Of a stretch of 64,000 bases of DNA, positions 47,999 through 60,120 are shown piece after piece. Location: assembly GCA_001599295.1 (NCBI GenBank), contig BCGN01000008.1:806001-870000 (forward strand), written 5' to 3'. The translations under genes were made by a program, and so were the position numbers. Every line of letters starts with the position of its first letter. Position 1 is the first letter of the stretch. The DNA is from Sporopachydermia quercuum (lineage: Eukaryota). The notes below the pieces were generated by a model. The model saw only the letters and a program-made list of their open reading frames with translations. It did no database searches and was not told the DNA's origin.

Positions 47999-49250
47999 GA
48001 TTGTACGTCAGAAACGAATCTTGATGGTTATATTTATGCTTTTTTATGCTTTTAGGTTAAAAATGCGGAAACAAAAGCAAGAAATCGAAATCAGTTGTAA
48101 GAAAAAATCTTTCTAGATATACTGACTGTATTGCAATTTTTGTAACAGTCACAGTGAAAGAATGTCTCTGTTGTTCCTTCCAATCGTGCTGCTCCTTGTA
48201 TTTGGGTATTCTGATGAGCTGTTGATGAGTAGAATGAAGTTAGGATTTGGAACAGGATTTTTCCTTCTTGGTCAAAGAATAGGGGAAAATGTGAGAACCA
48301 AAAATAAGAATCCCAAGCAAACGCACCAGCAAAATCAAGACAATAAAGCTGATATCATTATACAACTGATTGGCGATAAATGTAGCAGTAATTAATTGAT
48401 CCTCGTCGAGTAGACAGTGAAAAGCTGATTAAAATTGAAATTTTCATACTTGGGAGACGTTTCTCTATTGTCTTGCGATATACCCCCTTAATGAAGGGTC
48501 TCCTAACTGGTGTGTTCATTAGAAGGTCTTAAAAGTTCCTGAGCAACGAAAAGCTCGGTATCGGGTGGTAAGTAACAAAAGGACATTGTAAATTGTTTAA
48601 TTAAACGTGATGTTCGACTAAATGTATTGTCGTTTTGACTTGAACAATATTTTTAAGAATAAAAAGATATAGTATTATCAGTAATAGACACTGCCATCCA
48701 AAGGGGTCTTCAGTATACGTATACACCCAAACGGAAAACAAACTTGANAAACAGCCTAGACCCTGANAATGAACTGTGGCGCAATTCACCCAAATAAGGT
48801 TTACATTATGAGTTTTGTTACCAAATGGGATATCATTATGGCTCATTTTAACTTTAAATAATCGGAATATATCTGGCTATTCACAACACATCGCTTCCGT
48901 TATTCTTCTAATTACTAAATCTCCATTGTACTAATTAGCTTTTCGTTCTCTTGTCATCTGTCAAATCATCTTAAATTTATCAGTCGATGTCATAACACCT
49001 GCTGGTTAACGTTGAATGTTATGTCTTTTGTTCAAACCTTCTAACTGTATTGCATCTCCGTATTTTACCTGGGGATTCTCTGATGCTTTCTTCCGATTTC
49101 TATGCTTCACAGCCAACTGCCACACAATCAATTCATCCTAGATCACACTTAGCTCTCCGACATTGTATTATAGTATCCAGTAAAAAACGTATTGTCCAAA
49201 TGACCTTAACAAGTAATTGTTTCATTGATTGACAATCCAGCATTTGAATA

Positions 49251-51047
49251 ATGACAAATCTGTCAATTCAGCCGAAAGAGGCTGTGAAAGAATCGATAGA
49301 TCTCGTTGTTGATTTGCCTTCTATTGGCAATGTTCAACTGAAGGAAGTAAAGGTTGTGAAAGGATCGAATGATGGCTTATATATAGCGTTGTCACCTAGT
49401 AATATTAGCAAGATTCAACGATTAGGTGGCATTGTGAAACCTGTTGAAATCTTGTCGGAAGCTGAGAATGCATATGAATACAATGAAACATGGAGGATTC
49501 AGCAGCAGAACAGTCAAGAGCATGACTCATCTTCTGTTTCTGCTTCTGCTTCTGCTTCTTCTGTAGTAAACATAACCAATGACCAGGAAGGATCAACCGC
49601 TATTACATTCCCCGCGTCAGATATCAATTTAAGAAGAAGAGCCAATACTAATGAAAACCAAGACGAAATACAATATGTACATATCAATATCATAAACGAA
49701 GAAAACAATTTACATGATGAGCATCATCCAGTGATTCTACAACAGAACAGAATCCACAGAATCATCTCCAATATTAATCGTCAGTTTAGAACAGTAATAG
49801 AAATCTGCTCTAGAATATTACTAAGAATTTGTATACGTTTAAGTAATAGCTTTCTGAACATTGTTGTTCTATTAAGGCAATCAGTTTTATTGCTGATAGC
49901 ATATGAGAATATACTGGTTCAAGTACTAGAAGTATTTCCCGAAGGTATAACTAGAAAAATCATGAAATGGGTGCTGATACTTTTTGCTGCTTATTTCGCA
50001 GGTATCTTCAAAATAGTTGAGCAAATTGTTCCCGAAATATTTGATCATCATAGATGGTTGCATAACAGGATACCTTCGCTACGACAAGGAATAGGAAGAA
50101 TGTTTGGTGGTTTGAGTGATAGATTCAAATATTTGCTGGTGCTCATTGTTGATTTCTGTTTTGGTATTAAAAGCAAAGAAGGTGTAGTTGATAGTGTGTA
50201 TGCTGGTTATTTATTATCTATCAAAGGACCTAGTTTAAGAACAGCCATTAATATTTATCTTTTAAAAACTGCAAATGTGAAAGAAATAATATCTCAAGGA
50301 ATAGAAAAGAAGAAAATAAGAAGTCTTATTGGAAATTTCGTTGGTGATAATGAAATCAATGAGAGTGGGAGTAACAATAGCGATTGCAATGATAATTATG
50401 AAGGTTTCTTAATATACGCTAGTGAAATGGAAGATGAATTGAACATGCTATACAAGGTATACACTTATCGATCAAGATATTTGGTTTATTTCATGGTGAG
50501 TCCCCTAGAATTTCTAAAATACTGTTTCAAAGGAATCCTTGCACGATTCATAGTATTTACAATGTCATACTTTGTTCCTTATTATTTCTTGTATATTTTG
50601 CAACAGGAAGTAGTGAGAAAAGAAGCCTATCTTGACGAGGTATACAAGTGTGTTTATGAGGTATTAACATTACATTTGAAAGAGGTTGTCAGCACCTATG
50701 ATTACTGCAAAGGTAACAATGGATTGGCCACGACAATTGATAAATTTGAAGAATATGAAAGAATTCACTCAAGATTGCAGCAATGGTTACCTGATAATGC
50801 TTTACTTGATAGTAACAAAAAAGGAAAATCAGAGCCTGAAAAGAAGCCCCTAGTATTCAAGATGTTGACATATTTAGGATATGATAACATGGCTAACTTC
50901 TCATTAATAGCAAAGTATGACCTTTTGTCTGATGTATCTATATCGGAATTTCGAGATCAGCTTGAATCAGCGAAAGTGACAAACATGTCTGAAAATGAAT
51001 GCGATAATGAAATTACAACAGAAATTACTGATGATCAGATTGAATAG
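49251..51047 (+). CDS. Hypothetical multi-pass membrane protein, 598 aa (possibly Usa1/HERP-related)
   Basis: Long open frame with ATG start and several hydrophobic segments. Weak remembered similarity to fungal Usa1 (YIALSP..KI; FTMSYFVP). The family call is uncertain. Confidence 0.7.
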   Translation: MTNLSIQPKEAVKESIDLVVDLPSIGNVQLKEVKVVKGSNDGLYIALSPSNISKIQRLGGIVKPVEILSEAENAYEYNETWRIQQQNSQEHDSSSVSASASASSVVNITNDQEGSTAITFPASDINLRRRANTNENQDEIQYVHINIINEENNLHDEHHPVILQQNRIHRIISNINRQFRTVIEICSRILLRICIRLSNSFLNIVVLLRQSVLLLIAYENILVQVLEVFPEGITRKIMKWVLILFAAYFAGIFKIVEQIVPEIFDHHRWLHNRIPSLRQGIGRMFGGLSDRFKYLLVLIVDFCFGIKSKEGVVDSVYAGYLLSIKGPSLRTAINIYLLKTANVKEIISQGIEKKKIRSLIGNFVGDNEINESGSNNSDCNDNYEGFLIYASEMEDELNMLYKVYTYRSRYLVYFMVSPLEFLKYCFKGILARFIVFTMSYFVPYYFLYILQQEVVRKEAYLDEVYKCVYEVLTLHLKEVVSTYDYCKGNNGLATTIDKFEEYERIHSRLQQWLPDNALLDSNKKGKSEPEKKPLVFKMLTYLGYDNMANFSLIAKYDLLSDVSISEFRDQLESAKVTNMSENECDNEITTEITDDQIE

Positions 51048-51639
51048 TTGATGTTGTATGCACATGTACTCGCGAATATACTGAATGGTTCCTGAACCAG
51101 AGGTGATAATCAGGTTCCAATGAATATACCTTCAACTTCTTTCCGATTGGAACATATCATTATAAACTAATCGTATAATTATATGAATATTTAGTCATTC
51201 TTACCGTTACTGTCTTCTATCCTTTTCCTAAATCATATTATAAGTCCATCTATTTCATTTTCTTGTCTGAAATTCGTAATTTTGAAAATAATTAAGCTTT
51301 GTTATGGACATTTCCCAAAACGGAATTTTTTCTTATCTAATTAGTTCACCAACCATGAGCTAATTAATTAGCTTTTTTCCCCGCATATGATGCAGATATT
51401 AACTCNCTAACTTGTGTAACACCTCCAAATGGATTTACTTCAAATGAAATGCAACAATGCTCTTCATCTGTTATCTAAAACTATGATTGGCAATTGATCT
51501 TACTGTACTTATTCTTTTCATTGTAAATGTTATAACTGAAAAAGAGAAAGTTTCAAAGATCAAAACAGTTGTATAAAAGAGTTGGTATAAGACTTGTATG
51601 ACCGTTTCTATACATTTGTTGGATTTACAATTGATCAAA

Positions 51640-53217
51640 ATGATCAAATGGGGTATCTACCTTTTGTTGGCGATCACACAGATTGCTCAATCAAAAGAAA
51701 TAGATACAGCAGGTATTGCTAAAGATTTGGAGCAGAACATATTGAAGTTACAATATGATACTGAAGATCAAAACTCTTTAGTAGAAGCAGATAATCGAGA
51801 AAAAATTGCAATTATTGGCGCAGGGGCTGGTGGATCATCAGCTGCTTATTACTTACAAAAGTTTACTAACCATAGCTTGTATGACATTACAATATTTGAG
51901 AAGTCCGATTATATTGGAGGTAGAAGTACTACTGTAAACGTTTATAATAATCCCAAGTGGACTGTTGAAGTTGGTGGCGCAGTTTTCATCCAAGATAATA
52001 AACTACTAGTTCATCACGCTAATAGAACAGGCCTAGAGGTTCAAGCTATTCCTAGTCCTGAAGAGGAATCTACCGAAGGTCCATTTGGAGATATCCCTTA
52101 TTGGGGAGTATTCAATGGGCTTAAGATTGTTTATTCTGAAGATAAACAGAAGACCAATTTACAGAATAAGTGGAATTTTATAACGAGATACGGTGTGGTT
52201 GCACCATTGAAAATGAAACGCATTATGAACAAAGCTCTAAGTTCATTCTTACAATTCTATGATGATAAACATTTTCCGTTCATTAGTCTGTCCAGTACTG
52301 CAAATAGATTTGGGTTGATCTCTCTTGCTAACTCAACCGGCTTAGATACTTTTGGTGATACTTTATTTGCCAGGGAAGTTATTCAAGGAACTACAAGAGT
52401 CAACTATGCCTCTGATATTGATGATATCAATGGATTGGTTGCAGCTGTATCTGTTAGTACTGATCGTGCCATGTCAGTGAAAGGAGGTAATAGATTGATT
52501 TTCAAAAATCTAATAGAGGAAAGCAAAGCTGAGGTTCTATTGAATACTGAAGTCAAGGATATTACGGATTTCTTTTTTGGGAAACCCACAGTTTCTTATT
52601 CATATGTTGGTTCATCAGACGTGAAAGAGAAGCAATTTGATAAAGTAATTATTGCTGCTCCTTTGCATCAGGCATTTCCTGATAGTGACTTGACTACTTT
52701 TGTTCCTCCAGTTCAATACAGACATTTATATGTCACCTTATTTACAACCAAGACACTTTTGAATCCAGAGGTATTTGGTATGCCAAATACTACCAAGACG
52801 CCAAAAATACTACTTACTACACATGACTATGAGCATCCTGAAGATAAGAACACAACACGGAATGTATTACCTTTTAATTCAATTTCAATTGAAGATTACA
52901 TTAACGAAACAAATGAATATGTTTATAAGATTTTCTCAAACAAACCTTTGACCAGGAAATACGTTGCGAGCTTATTTCCAACACCTGACGATGATAAGGA
53001 GGATCCTTTCTCGTGGTATTATGAGAAAGATTGGTATTCATATCCTCACTACAGTGCGATTGATTCATTCCATTCTTGGACTTTAGCCCCTAATATTTGG
53101 TACCTCAATACTATGGAACAATTTATTAGTACTATGGAAACAAGTGCATTAGCAGGAGCCGACGTTGCAGGTTTGATCTCTTTTGGTAAAAACTCAACTG
53201 AAATAAGAGTTCCTTGA
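51640..53217 (+). CDS. Prenylcysteine (farnesylcysteine) oxidase/lyase, PCYOX1-like flavoprotein
   Basis: KIAIIGAGAGGSSAAYYL, FEKSDYIGGRST, VEVGGAVF, TRVNY, VKGGN, WYLNTMEQFISTMETSALAG. Signal peptide from ATG 51640; alternative ATG at 51598. TATAAAA at 51572. Confidence 0.92.
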   Translation: MIKWGIYLLLAITQIAQSKEIDTAGIAKDLEQNILKLQYDTEDQNSLVEADNREKIAIIGAGAGGSSAAYYLQKFTNHSLYDITIFEKSDYIGGRSTTVNVYNNPKWTVEVGGAVFIQDNKLLVHHANRTGLEVQAIPSPEEESTEGPFGDIPYWGVFNGLKIVYSEDKQKTNLQNKWNFITRYGVVAPLKMKRIMNKALSSFLQFYDDKHFPFISLSSTANRFGLISLANSTGLDTFGDTLFAREVIQGTTRVNYASDIDDINGLVAAVSVSTDRAMSVKGGNRLIFKNLIEESKAEVLLNTEVKDITDFFFGKPTVSYSYVGSSDVKEKQFDKVIIAAPLHQAFPDSDLTTFVPPVQYRHLYVTLFTTKTLLNPEVFGMPNTTKTPKILLTTHDYEHPEDKNTTRNVLPFNSISIEDYINETNEYVYKIFSNKPLTRKYVASLFPTPDDDKEDPFSWYYEKDWYSYPHYSAIDSFHSWTLAPNIWYLNTMEQFISTMETSALAGADVAGLISFGKNSTEIRVP

Positions 53218-53955
53218 TGGTTGATCATTGTATTTTTTGAATTCAAATTTTAATTTATCTATAGGTTCAATTCGCCCTATTATCCTACTTTTATATATCA
53301 TTCCTTTTTTGTTGCAGTCTACATACGATTTTGTTAGGTTAGGTATATATCCTTATTATTAATTTTGATAACTCATTGTTGTTTAATTTCCTTTTGTGTA
53401 CAACATGTTATGCATAACACCCAGGTAGGAAAAAAGGAATTTTGTTGAGAGTCGAAATTTGATTTCCACGAATTACCATATCAATTGCCTGACCTAAATA
53501 AAGTATTTATCTTACTTCTTCTCAGTTAGGTGCTTATTTCCTTTTCCTCCATTTTCTTGTCCTTAATATTTCTGTTATTTGACGATCGATACGAGTATCC
53601 GATCATTCCTCTGAGTATTCCGATTCATACTCTAGTTGTTCACTACTTGAACAGGAGAATCAAATATAAGCAAAAAATCAAANATTACGGTACACTTTAA
53701 ATGAAATTTGTACTGTTAAAACATTCATACTAAAGCTTGTAAGCTCACTACTATCACGATTACAAAGAAGCTTAGATATATTACAATCCTTATCTATTCT
53801 CCTACTAGAATCACAAGCATAAACGCGGTCCTTCTATTCTTATCACTAGACAGAGATCATTATTGCTATACTGAACTATTTTCAAATTGTACGTCAGCTG
53901 AACTTCCATCAACAGCGCAAGCTTCTATTTCTAATTCCAATAATTCATAGATCGT

Positions 53956-55671
53956 ATGCCTCTAATAGAAACACCAAACAGTATTAACGATGGACATGGA
54001 TCAGACTTGAAATGGAAGCAATTAGAAATGGCGAACCTTGAGTTTGACAATGATGAGAAGCTGCGAGCTCAAATACTTGAGCTAGAAGAAGAGTTAAATG
54101 AGTTTCAACAGTCATCACGAGAGTTAGAAGAAGAGCTAGAAAGACAGCTAGAGGAGTCTGACAGCAGGTATGCAGAAGCCTTAGAAGTGCTAGATGAGTC
54201 CAAGAAGGAAGCTAAGTTATGGAAGGTAAGTAAATTAAGATACTTCTGGTTTAATATGTTGTAAGATCTCAATTCTATTTTAGTTTAATCGAATCTTTGT
54301 TTTTGGTTGTTTTATTTATCATGACTATCTATTACTATCTAAGAGGAGAACCTAACAGACGAGAGTTATAGTCTAAATACGAATCGTATCAAACAGAAAT
54401 AACAAACTTTTCAAATGAGCAGCAGATACGGATTTCTAACTTAGAGACTGAAGTTGAACGCTTATCGATTCAACTTCGTGATACTGAAATCTCAAACGAT
54501 GATATTGAACAGAGAGAACGGTATGTAATTGGTAGTATAATTCTCTAATATAGCCTATTGATATCAATAATTGACAATATAACCATACTAACCTATATCT
54601 TTGATTAGAATTGCATCAGCCTCATTAACTGATTTAGAATCAAGATATAACGAAGCCATAGAAAAGTGTATTATGATCGAAAGTGAGCTAGCGCTCAAGA
54701 ATGAAGAACTGTCTGCTGAATCAGCTCAAGTACAACGATTGAAAGATGAGAAACAAGATTTACAGGAAGAATTAGACGTGAAAATGAAAAGGATATTCGA
54801 ATTAGAATCAATGATGGATCTAATAGAGAATAGTAAGGAGGGTATTCTTAATAATAGTACGATCAATTACCACAATAGAAGTAATAGCATCAAACATACT
54901 ATTACTTCTACATCAACATCTAACAGCCACAGCAGCAATAACAATGCTAATACTCACAGTAAACTAAGAAGATCACGAAGTGTTTCAGCTTCAGCTACTA
55001 GAGAAAGTCGGGTGCATAATCTTTCAATTTCTAAGCAAGATAGCCTGAATGCTTTGAAAGATATTATACGTAATGTTAAAGAATTGGAACGGCAATCAAG
55101 AGCTCATGAAAGAGAAAGATCTAGATCATTTTCAAGATCCAGATCTCAATCTCGTGATGCATTTGTTTCTAAAACGCGTTCTAATTCACGTTCTAGTTCA
55201 CGTTCCCATTCACGCACATATTCAAATGCTTCAGATAAAGCAACAAACTATACTACNAGTAGCAATAGTACTAATAATCATAATGCTAATGCTAATACTT
55301 CAACTATTGCTAATAGTAGCATTCCAGGCAATAATAATCATAAGATTCCAACGAACAGCGATATTAAATTATCAACACCTTTATCCCCAATTCCTGCTTC
55401 ACCAATACCGAATGATGAAACGTTTACAGCTAATAGGGCAACAACGATAATTCAATTAGAAACAAGGAATCATTTTGCATTAAGGAAGGCCAGACCGAAA
55501 TCCCCAAGTACTCCTTTACAACAGTCGAAACAAAGGAATCAACCAAAGCTTGATAAGCTAAATGCCAATGTTATTAATAATATTGATGATAATGGAAACG
55601 AAAAATATCATAATAATGATAAGTACTTATTTGATATATCAACGCCTTCCAAACTACGGTATGGTAAATGA
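53956..55671 (+). CDS. NDL1: NudE/NDEL1 dynein regulator; exons 53956-54225, 54372-54520, 54609-55671
   Basis: LEEELNEFQQSSRELEEELERQL, WK|SKYE, LRDTEISNDDIEQRE|R, SLTDLESRYNEAIEK. NUDE_C-like SLNALKDIIRNVKELE. Introns GTAAGT..CCTAAC..TAG and GTATGT..TACTAAC..TAG. Confidence 0.9.
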
Positions 55672-56377
55672 ATTAAATCAATTATCGATAATAAAGCCAA
55701 GCTATCAAACAATCCGTAAACAAATCTACTGTAATGTAGATTTCATATAGAATTCAAATATAAAAAATAGTGCCATATCTCAGAATCATAAACATAATTA
55801 CAACAGACTATTTCATTAGTATAAACACTTGTTAAGTGAAAGATATTATGAAATGAACCAAAACTTCTAATGAAATACTGACACGGTAAAACACGCGTTT
55901 ACTATTTATAATCTATGCTCGGGCAATATNTATAATCGTTAACTATTGCACTTTCGAGTAAATTACTTTCTATATGAAACGATTCGTTATTAATATTAGA
56001 AATGAATTTAAGAAATAGGAATTAGTCTGTTCATTTATGCTCTCACTGTTTAACTATATCTGGCTAGTTATTTCATGGGCCTTATCAGCAACATTAATGA
56101 TAGTAACAACAATACCATATAGGACAACACATTACTAGATTGGCTGTAGCGGAGGTATATCTGTTATAACAACATATTTTCTCAGTGAAAATCAATGTAA
56201 TATCCAAATGATCAGAAACGCAAGATACATTTTACAAGTAGTGATAATCAAATGACTGTTCATCATCCGTTTGCCTAAATATTATTCCTACGATTGCAGG
56301 GCTCTGATCATAATTAATTAAAATCCACTTTCACAGATACAGCCTTATACAAATTTCTGCTATACTCATCTATCCAT

Positions 56378-58297
56378 TTACTCGTTATTACCAGGTAAAT
56401 CATCAATATTCTGAATATATGAGTAAATATAGCCAACAGTAACCAAATGAGTATTGAAATCAAGCTTCTCATCCACACTGTGAACGTTATAAGTCAATGG
56501 ATGCTTCATAAAAGTATTGAATCTGTAAATATCAGTGGTCAAATTCCAGTACCATCTTGTATCGGTATTTCCGATGACTAAGCCAGGAGTAACCAATACT
56601 GGTGATGTAATACTGTCATCTAATTCTGTAGCAAAATCCTCATATAATGTCCTTAGCGTTCCTGCAAGAACTTTCCATGATTCAGAACCAAACTTTGCAA
56701 CTGGTGCTGGTTCAACAAATCCTGATAATTTATATTCAAATGTTGCATCAGGAATAATAATTCTTTCTTCATCAGCTGGTAAGATTTCCTTCATTTCCTT
56801 GTTAACATCAAATGGATCAATGGTTCTAACGGCAATTCCATACTTCTTAGCAACTTTTAGTATCTCATCAAGAATATGTTCATAAGTTTCTTTAATTGAT
56901 GATCCGACAGCTACTCTATGATTTATTTGCATTTCTGTTGTCTCCGGTAAAGCATTATATTTAGATCCACCTTTGATAGTATCAACAGCTTGAGTGGTTC
57001 TAACTAAATATTTCAAGAATCGGTTTTTATCAAAGAATTTCAAAACTCCCTGCAGAGCTCTGGAACTTTTAAACATACTGAAAATTGCAATTTTATACTT
57101 CTCAGGCAATAAAGGTGCATGTTCAGCCAAACAATTGATGTGCTGAATCTCTGGATGGGTTTCGAGTAAAATGGGGTCAAATGGATTATCTTCAATGTTT
57201 TTAATCAATTCTGCCACAATTCCTATTCCTGTGTGTGAAGGTGGTAAAGATGAATGGCCACCTTTAGCTGCTAATGAAATAAGTGAGTCAACATACCCTT
57301 TTTCACCGGTTTGAGGAGAAACAACAGAAATACCAAATTCATTTTGAACACCTCCTATACCTTCATCTAGTAAACTAATGACGGAATCATGACCCAACTT
57401 TTCTGTTAAATATTTACCAATGAATTGGGCACCTTTATGACCAGAAGTTTCTTCATCGAAACCAAAGGCAACAATGACTGATCTCTTTGGCTTGAAATCT
57501 TCAGCAATTAATAATTCAATTGCTTCTAAGATACCAATAAGTAAATTCTTACAATCTGCGACTCCTCGACCCCAAATATATTCACCATCATAATAGGCAG
57601 AATAAGGGTCATAAGTCCATTTACTTTTTGAGCTATCATCGACTGGCACAACGTCTTGATGGGCAATATACATTGAAGGTTTTAATGATTCATCGGATCC
57701 TTTCCAAGTATAAATCAAATTATAACTATTAATCTTTTCAACAGTTAATGTATTATAGACGCTTGGAAAAGTTGCTTGTAGATAATCATGAAATGGAAGA
57801 AAAGCCTCCCACCTTTCATCTTCATCAACTGGTCCCATATCGTCGAAATTCTCAGTAGGGATTTTAACAGCAGCGATGAGTTTTTCCATTGACTTTTTAG
57901 CGAATTCCTTATCGTAAAATATTTTGTTTAAGGAAGAGTTTTCCTTAATGATTTTTGGGTAATTCACACATGTTGNCTCGCGATCTGCGAAATCAGCTAA
58001 TGTCAGTTGAGGAAGTGCATCGTTCTTTGTTGGAGAGCTTGCTTTAAGAATTCCTTCAAGAGGATTTTCTAATCCAGTGTAACTNAATAAATTGTCAAAG
58101 ATTGAAACCGAGGCACCAATATATGATGAGAGCAAAGGAGACTGTTCATAATCAATTTTGAATGTGACAACTGCGAAAAAAGGGATGGATGCAATTGCTA
58201 GAATAGAGACTAATGTGTACAGGAGTCCTCTTAGGAAACAGGTGACAGAACAGGAGGAACCAGAGGTTCCTTTAGAAGACGATTGTTTTGAGCCCAT
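56378..58297 (-). CDS. CPS1: Vacuolar Gly-Xaa carboxypeptidase S (peptidase M20), type II membrane anchor
   Basis: IAHQDVVP, IWGRGVADCK, GFDEE, LLDEG, EKGY, GGHSSLPP, GSKYNALPE, GNTDTRWYW, VHSVDE. N-terminal TM. Confidence 0.95.
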   Translation of the reverse strand: MGSKQSSSKGTSGSSCSVTCFLRGLLYTLVSILAIASIPFFAVVTFKIDYEQSPLLSSYIGASVSIFDNLXSYTGLENPLEGILKASSPTKNDALPQLTLADFADREXTCVNYPKIIKENSSLNKIFYDKEFAKKSMEKLIAAVKIPTENFDDMGPVDEDERWEAFLPFHDYLQATFPSVYNTLTVEKINSYNLIYTWKGSDESLKPSMYIAHQDVVPVDDSSKSKWTYDPYSAYYDGEYIWGRGVADCKNLLIGILEAIELLIAEDFKPKRSVIVAFGFDEETSGHKGAQFIGKYLTEKLGHDSVISLLDEGIGGVQNEFGISVVSPQTGEKGYVDSLISLAAKGGHSSLPPSHTGIGIVAELIKNIEDNPFDPILLETHPEIQHINCLAEHAPLLPEKYKIAIFSMFKSSRALQGVLKFFDKNRFLKYLVRTTQAVDTIKGGSKYNALPETTEMQINHRVAVGSSIKETYEHILDEILKVAKKYGIAVRTIDPFDVNKEMKEILPADEERIIIPDATFEYKLSGFVEPAPVAKFGSESWKVLAGTLRTLYEDFATELDDSITSPVLVTPGLVIGNTDTRWYWNLTTDIYRFNTFMKHPLTYNVHSVDEKLDFNTHLVTVGYIYSYIQNIDDLPGNNE

Positions 58298-60120
58298 ATT
58301 GTAAGATTGTCAGACAATCAATATCAATTAATCTCTCGAAAGTAAATCAGTTAATTGCTTCAATGAATGATTGAAGATTTCTCAATAGAAATTGAAATCC
58401 CCTCCTGTTTGATTATCTTATGAGAGTTATTCTGATAATCTTCCCTTCAAGAAAGTGAATTAGAATAAGACATAAAAAGAGGACCTACTGCTTCTTGGCT
58501 GGCTTGTATTGAAAAGATTACCTTCAGAAGCAATAATAGAGCTAAATCCTGAAGGATTAGATAGTTCGAATTGTAATTCAATAGGAGTTATTCATGAAAG
58601 ATGAATACTGGAGGAGCGCACGGAACAACTTTCCATTGGGATTCCTCCAACACGAGGATAAGAAATAAAGTTGAGCTAAAAATGTCATTAAGGTTGTTAC
58701 TTGGACCAAACTTAGTTTGATCAACAATACAAAAAAAATCGTATTGTTAATCGAACTAAGTTAACGTTTAAGTAATTATTGTTCATTAAATCATATGGAA
58801 ATAGAAGAAAGTCTATATGGAGTATAGATTGATTACGCTAATACTTTGATTGAGTGGAAAGACAAAGATGGAAACCAGAAACTTAGTAATCTTAATACCA
58901 AGACAGGGAAAACGTTTTGAATATGGTGTTTTTGTTATAAGAAAGAAGTTACGGCTTTAGCAGCAAGGCTACTTGAAAGTGTTCTGAAACATAAACCAGC
59001 TTGAAATGGGACTTCAAACCAACTTTCAGAAGGAGTAAAAGTTTAATTCTATTTACATTCAAAGCTTATCCTACTCGATCAAATACATTTCTTTAACTGT
59101 CAACATCAATGTGCATTCATTTCTAGTGAAATTATGATGTATTCAATTGAAGCTATTAGTAAACTATTTAACTATTAAAAATGTCTCTCTCTAGTTGCCA
59201 AAGCATGCAATTTAAAATCAGATTTGTTCAAATAGTCTGCAAAACATGTGATGTTTATTTAGTACTACACCCAACCATATGAGACAAACAAGCTAAGAAT
59301 ATCCCGTCTAATTCTCAAACTCTAAAAACGTTTAAGTTCAACTTATTAAAGTTATTACTTGTGTTTCTTAACTCATTAATTATATAACTTTAATCGAATC
59401 ATACAGTCTTTCAAATTATTCCCAATATTTCAAATAGTTCGTTCATTATTTTACTCCTGTTGTTTATTATTTATATATTAGTTAAATCCATCATCCTTTG
59501 ATCACCAAACTGTTCAAATATAGCAGATTTTTTAATTCTACAAGTTTCAATTGCTTTCAAGAACTCCTAAATGTCTTATAATGTTCAGCATAAAATGAAT
59601 AACTAACTAGTCAGTTCCTTTCTTGAAAAGATTGCAGAAAAAAAGAGACAGGGATGGGTAATTTCTATATGCTTCCATTTTGTGTGAACCATGAAACACA
59701 CTGCTTTAGACTCTGTGAAACATCAGCAGCAGAAGAACAACAATGTTTCAGTGAGCTTTACAGCTTAACTAGAATATTACAAGAGACCATCGAAACTAGA
59801 CCTGTAAAATTCGTAGAGAAATGAATAAAGCAAGTTAGAGAAACAGAATCTTAATGTCAAATACAAGAAAGGTATTTCCGTGATACAACATAAGTTTATG
59901 TTAGTAAATATCTCTTGTAATATGTTGTTTCATTCAAGTCATTCTTTCCTGAATTAAAGAAATGTAACTATTAATGCGTTCTTGATATAAGCATGATGGA
60001 ATTAAGTTCATGTCTGAAGCATACATAATGGCAATGTCCTTCCAATTTAGTTTTACTTAAAATGAACATCAGATGCTTACCATAGGGTATGTTGCGATAC
60101 AAGCTGTGGAAATTGTCTAA

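Noticed and set aside
59654..59824. About 56-aa plus-strand ORF preceded by an AACTAAC...CAG acceptor-like signal
   Set aside because: The acceptor frame hits a stop before the ATG; no donor or recognisable homology.
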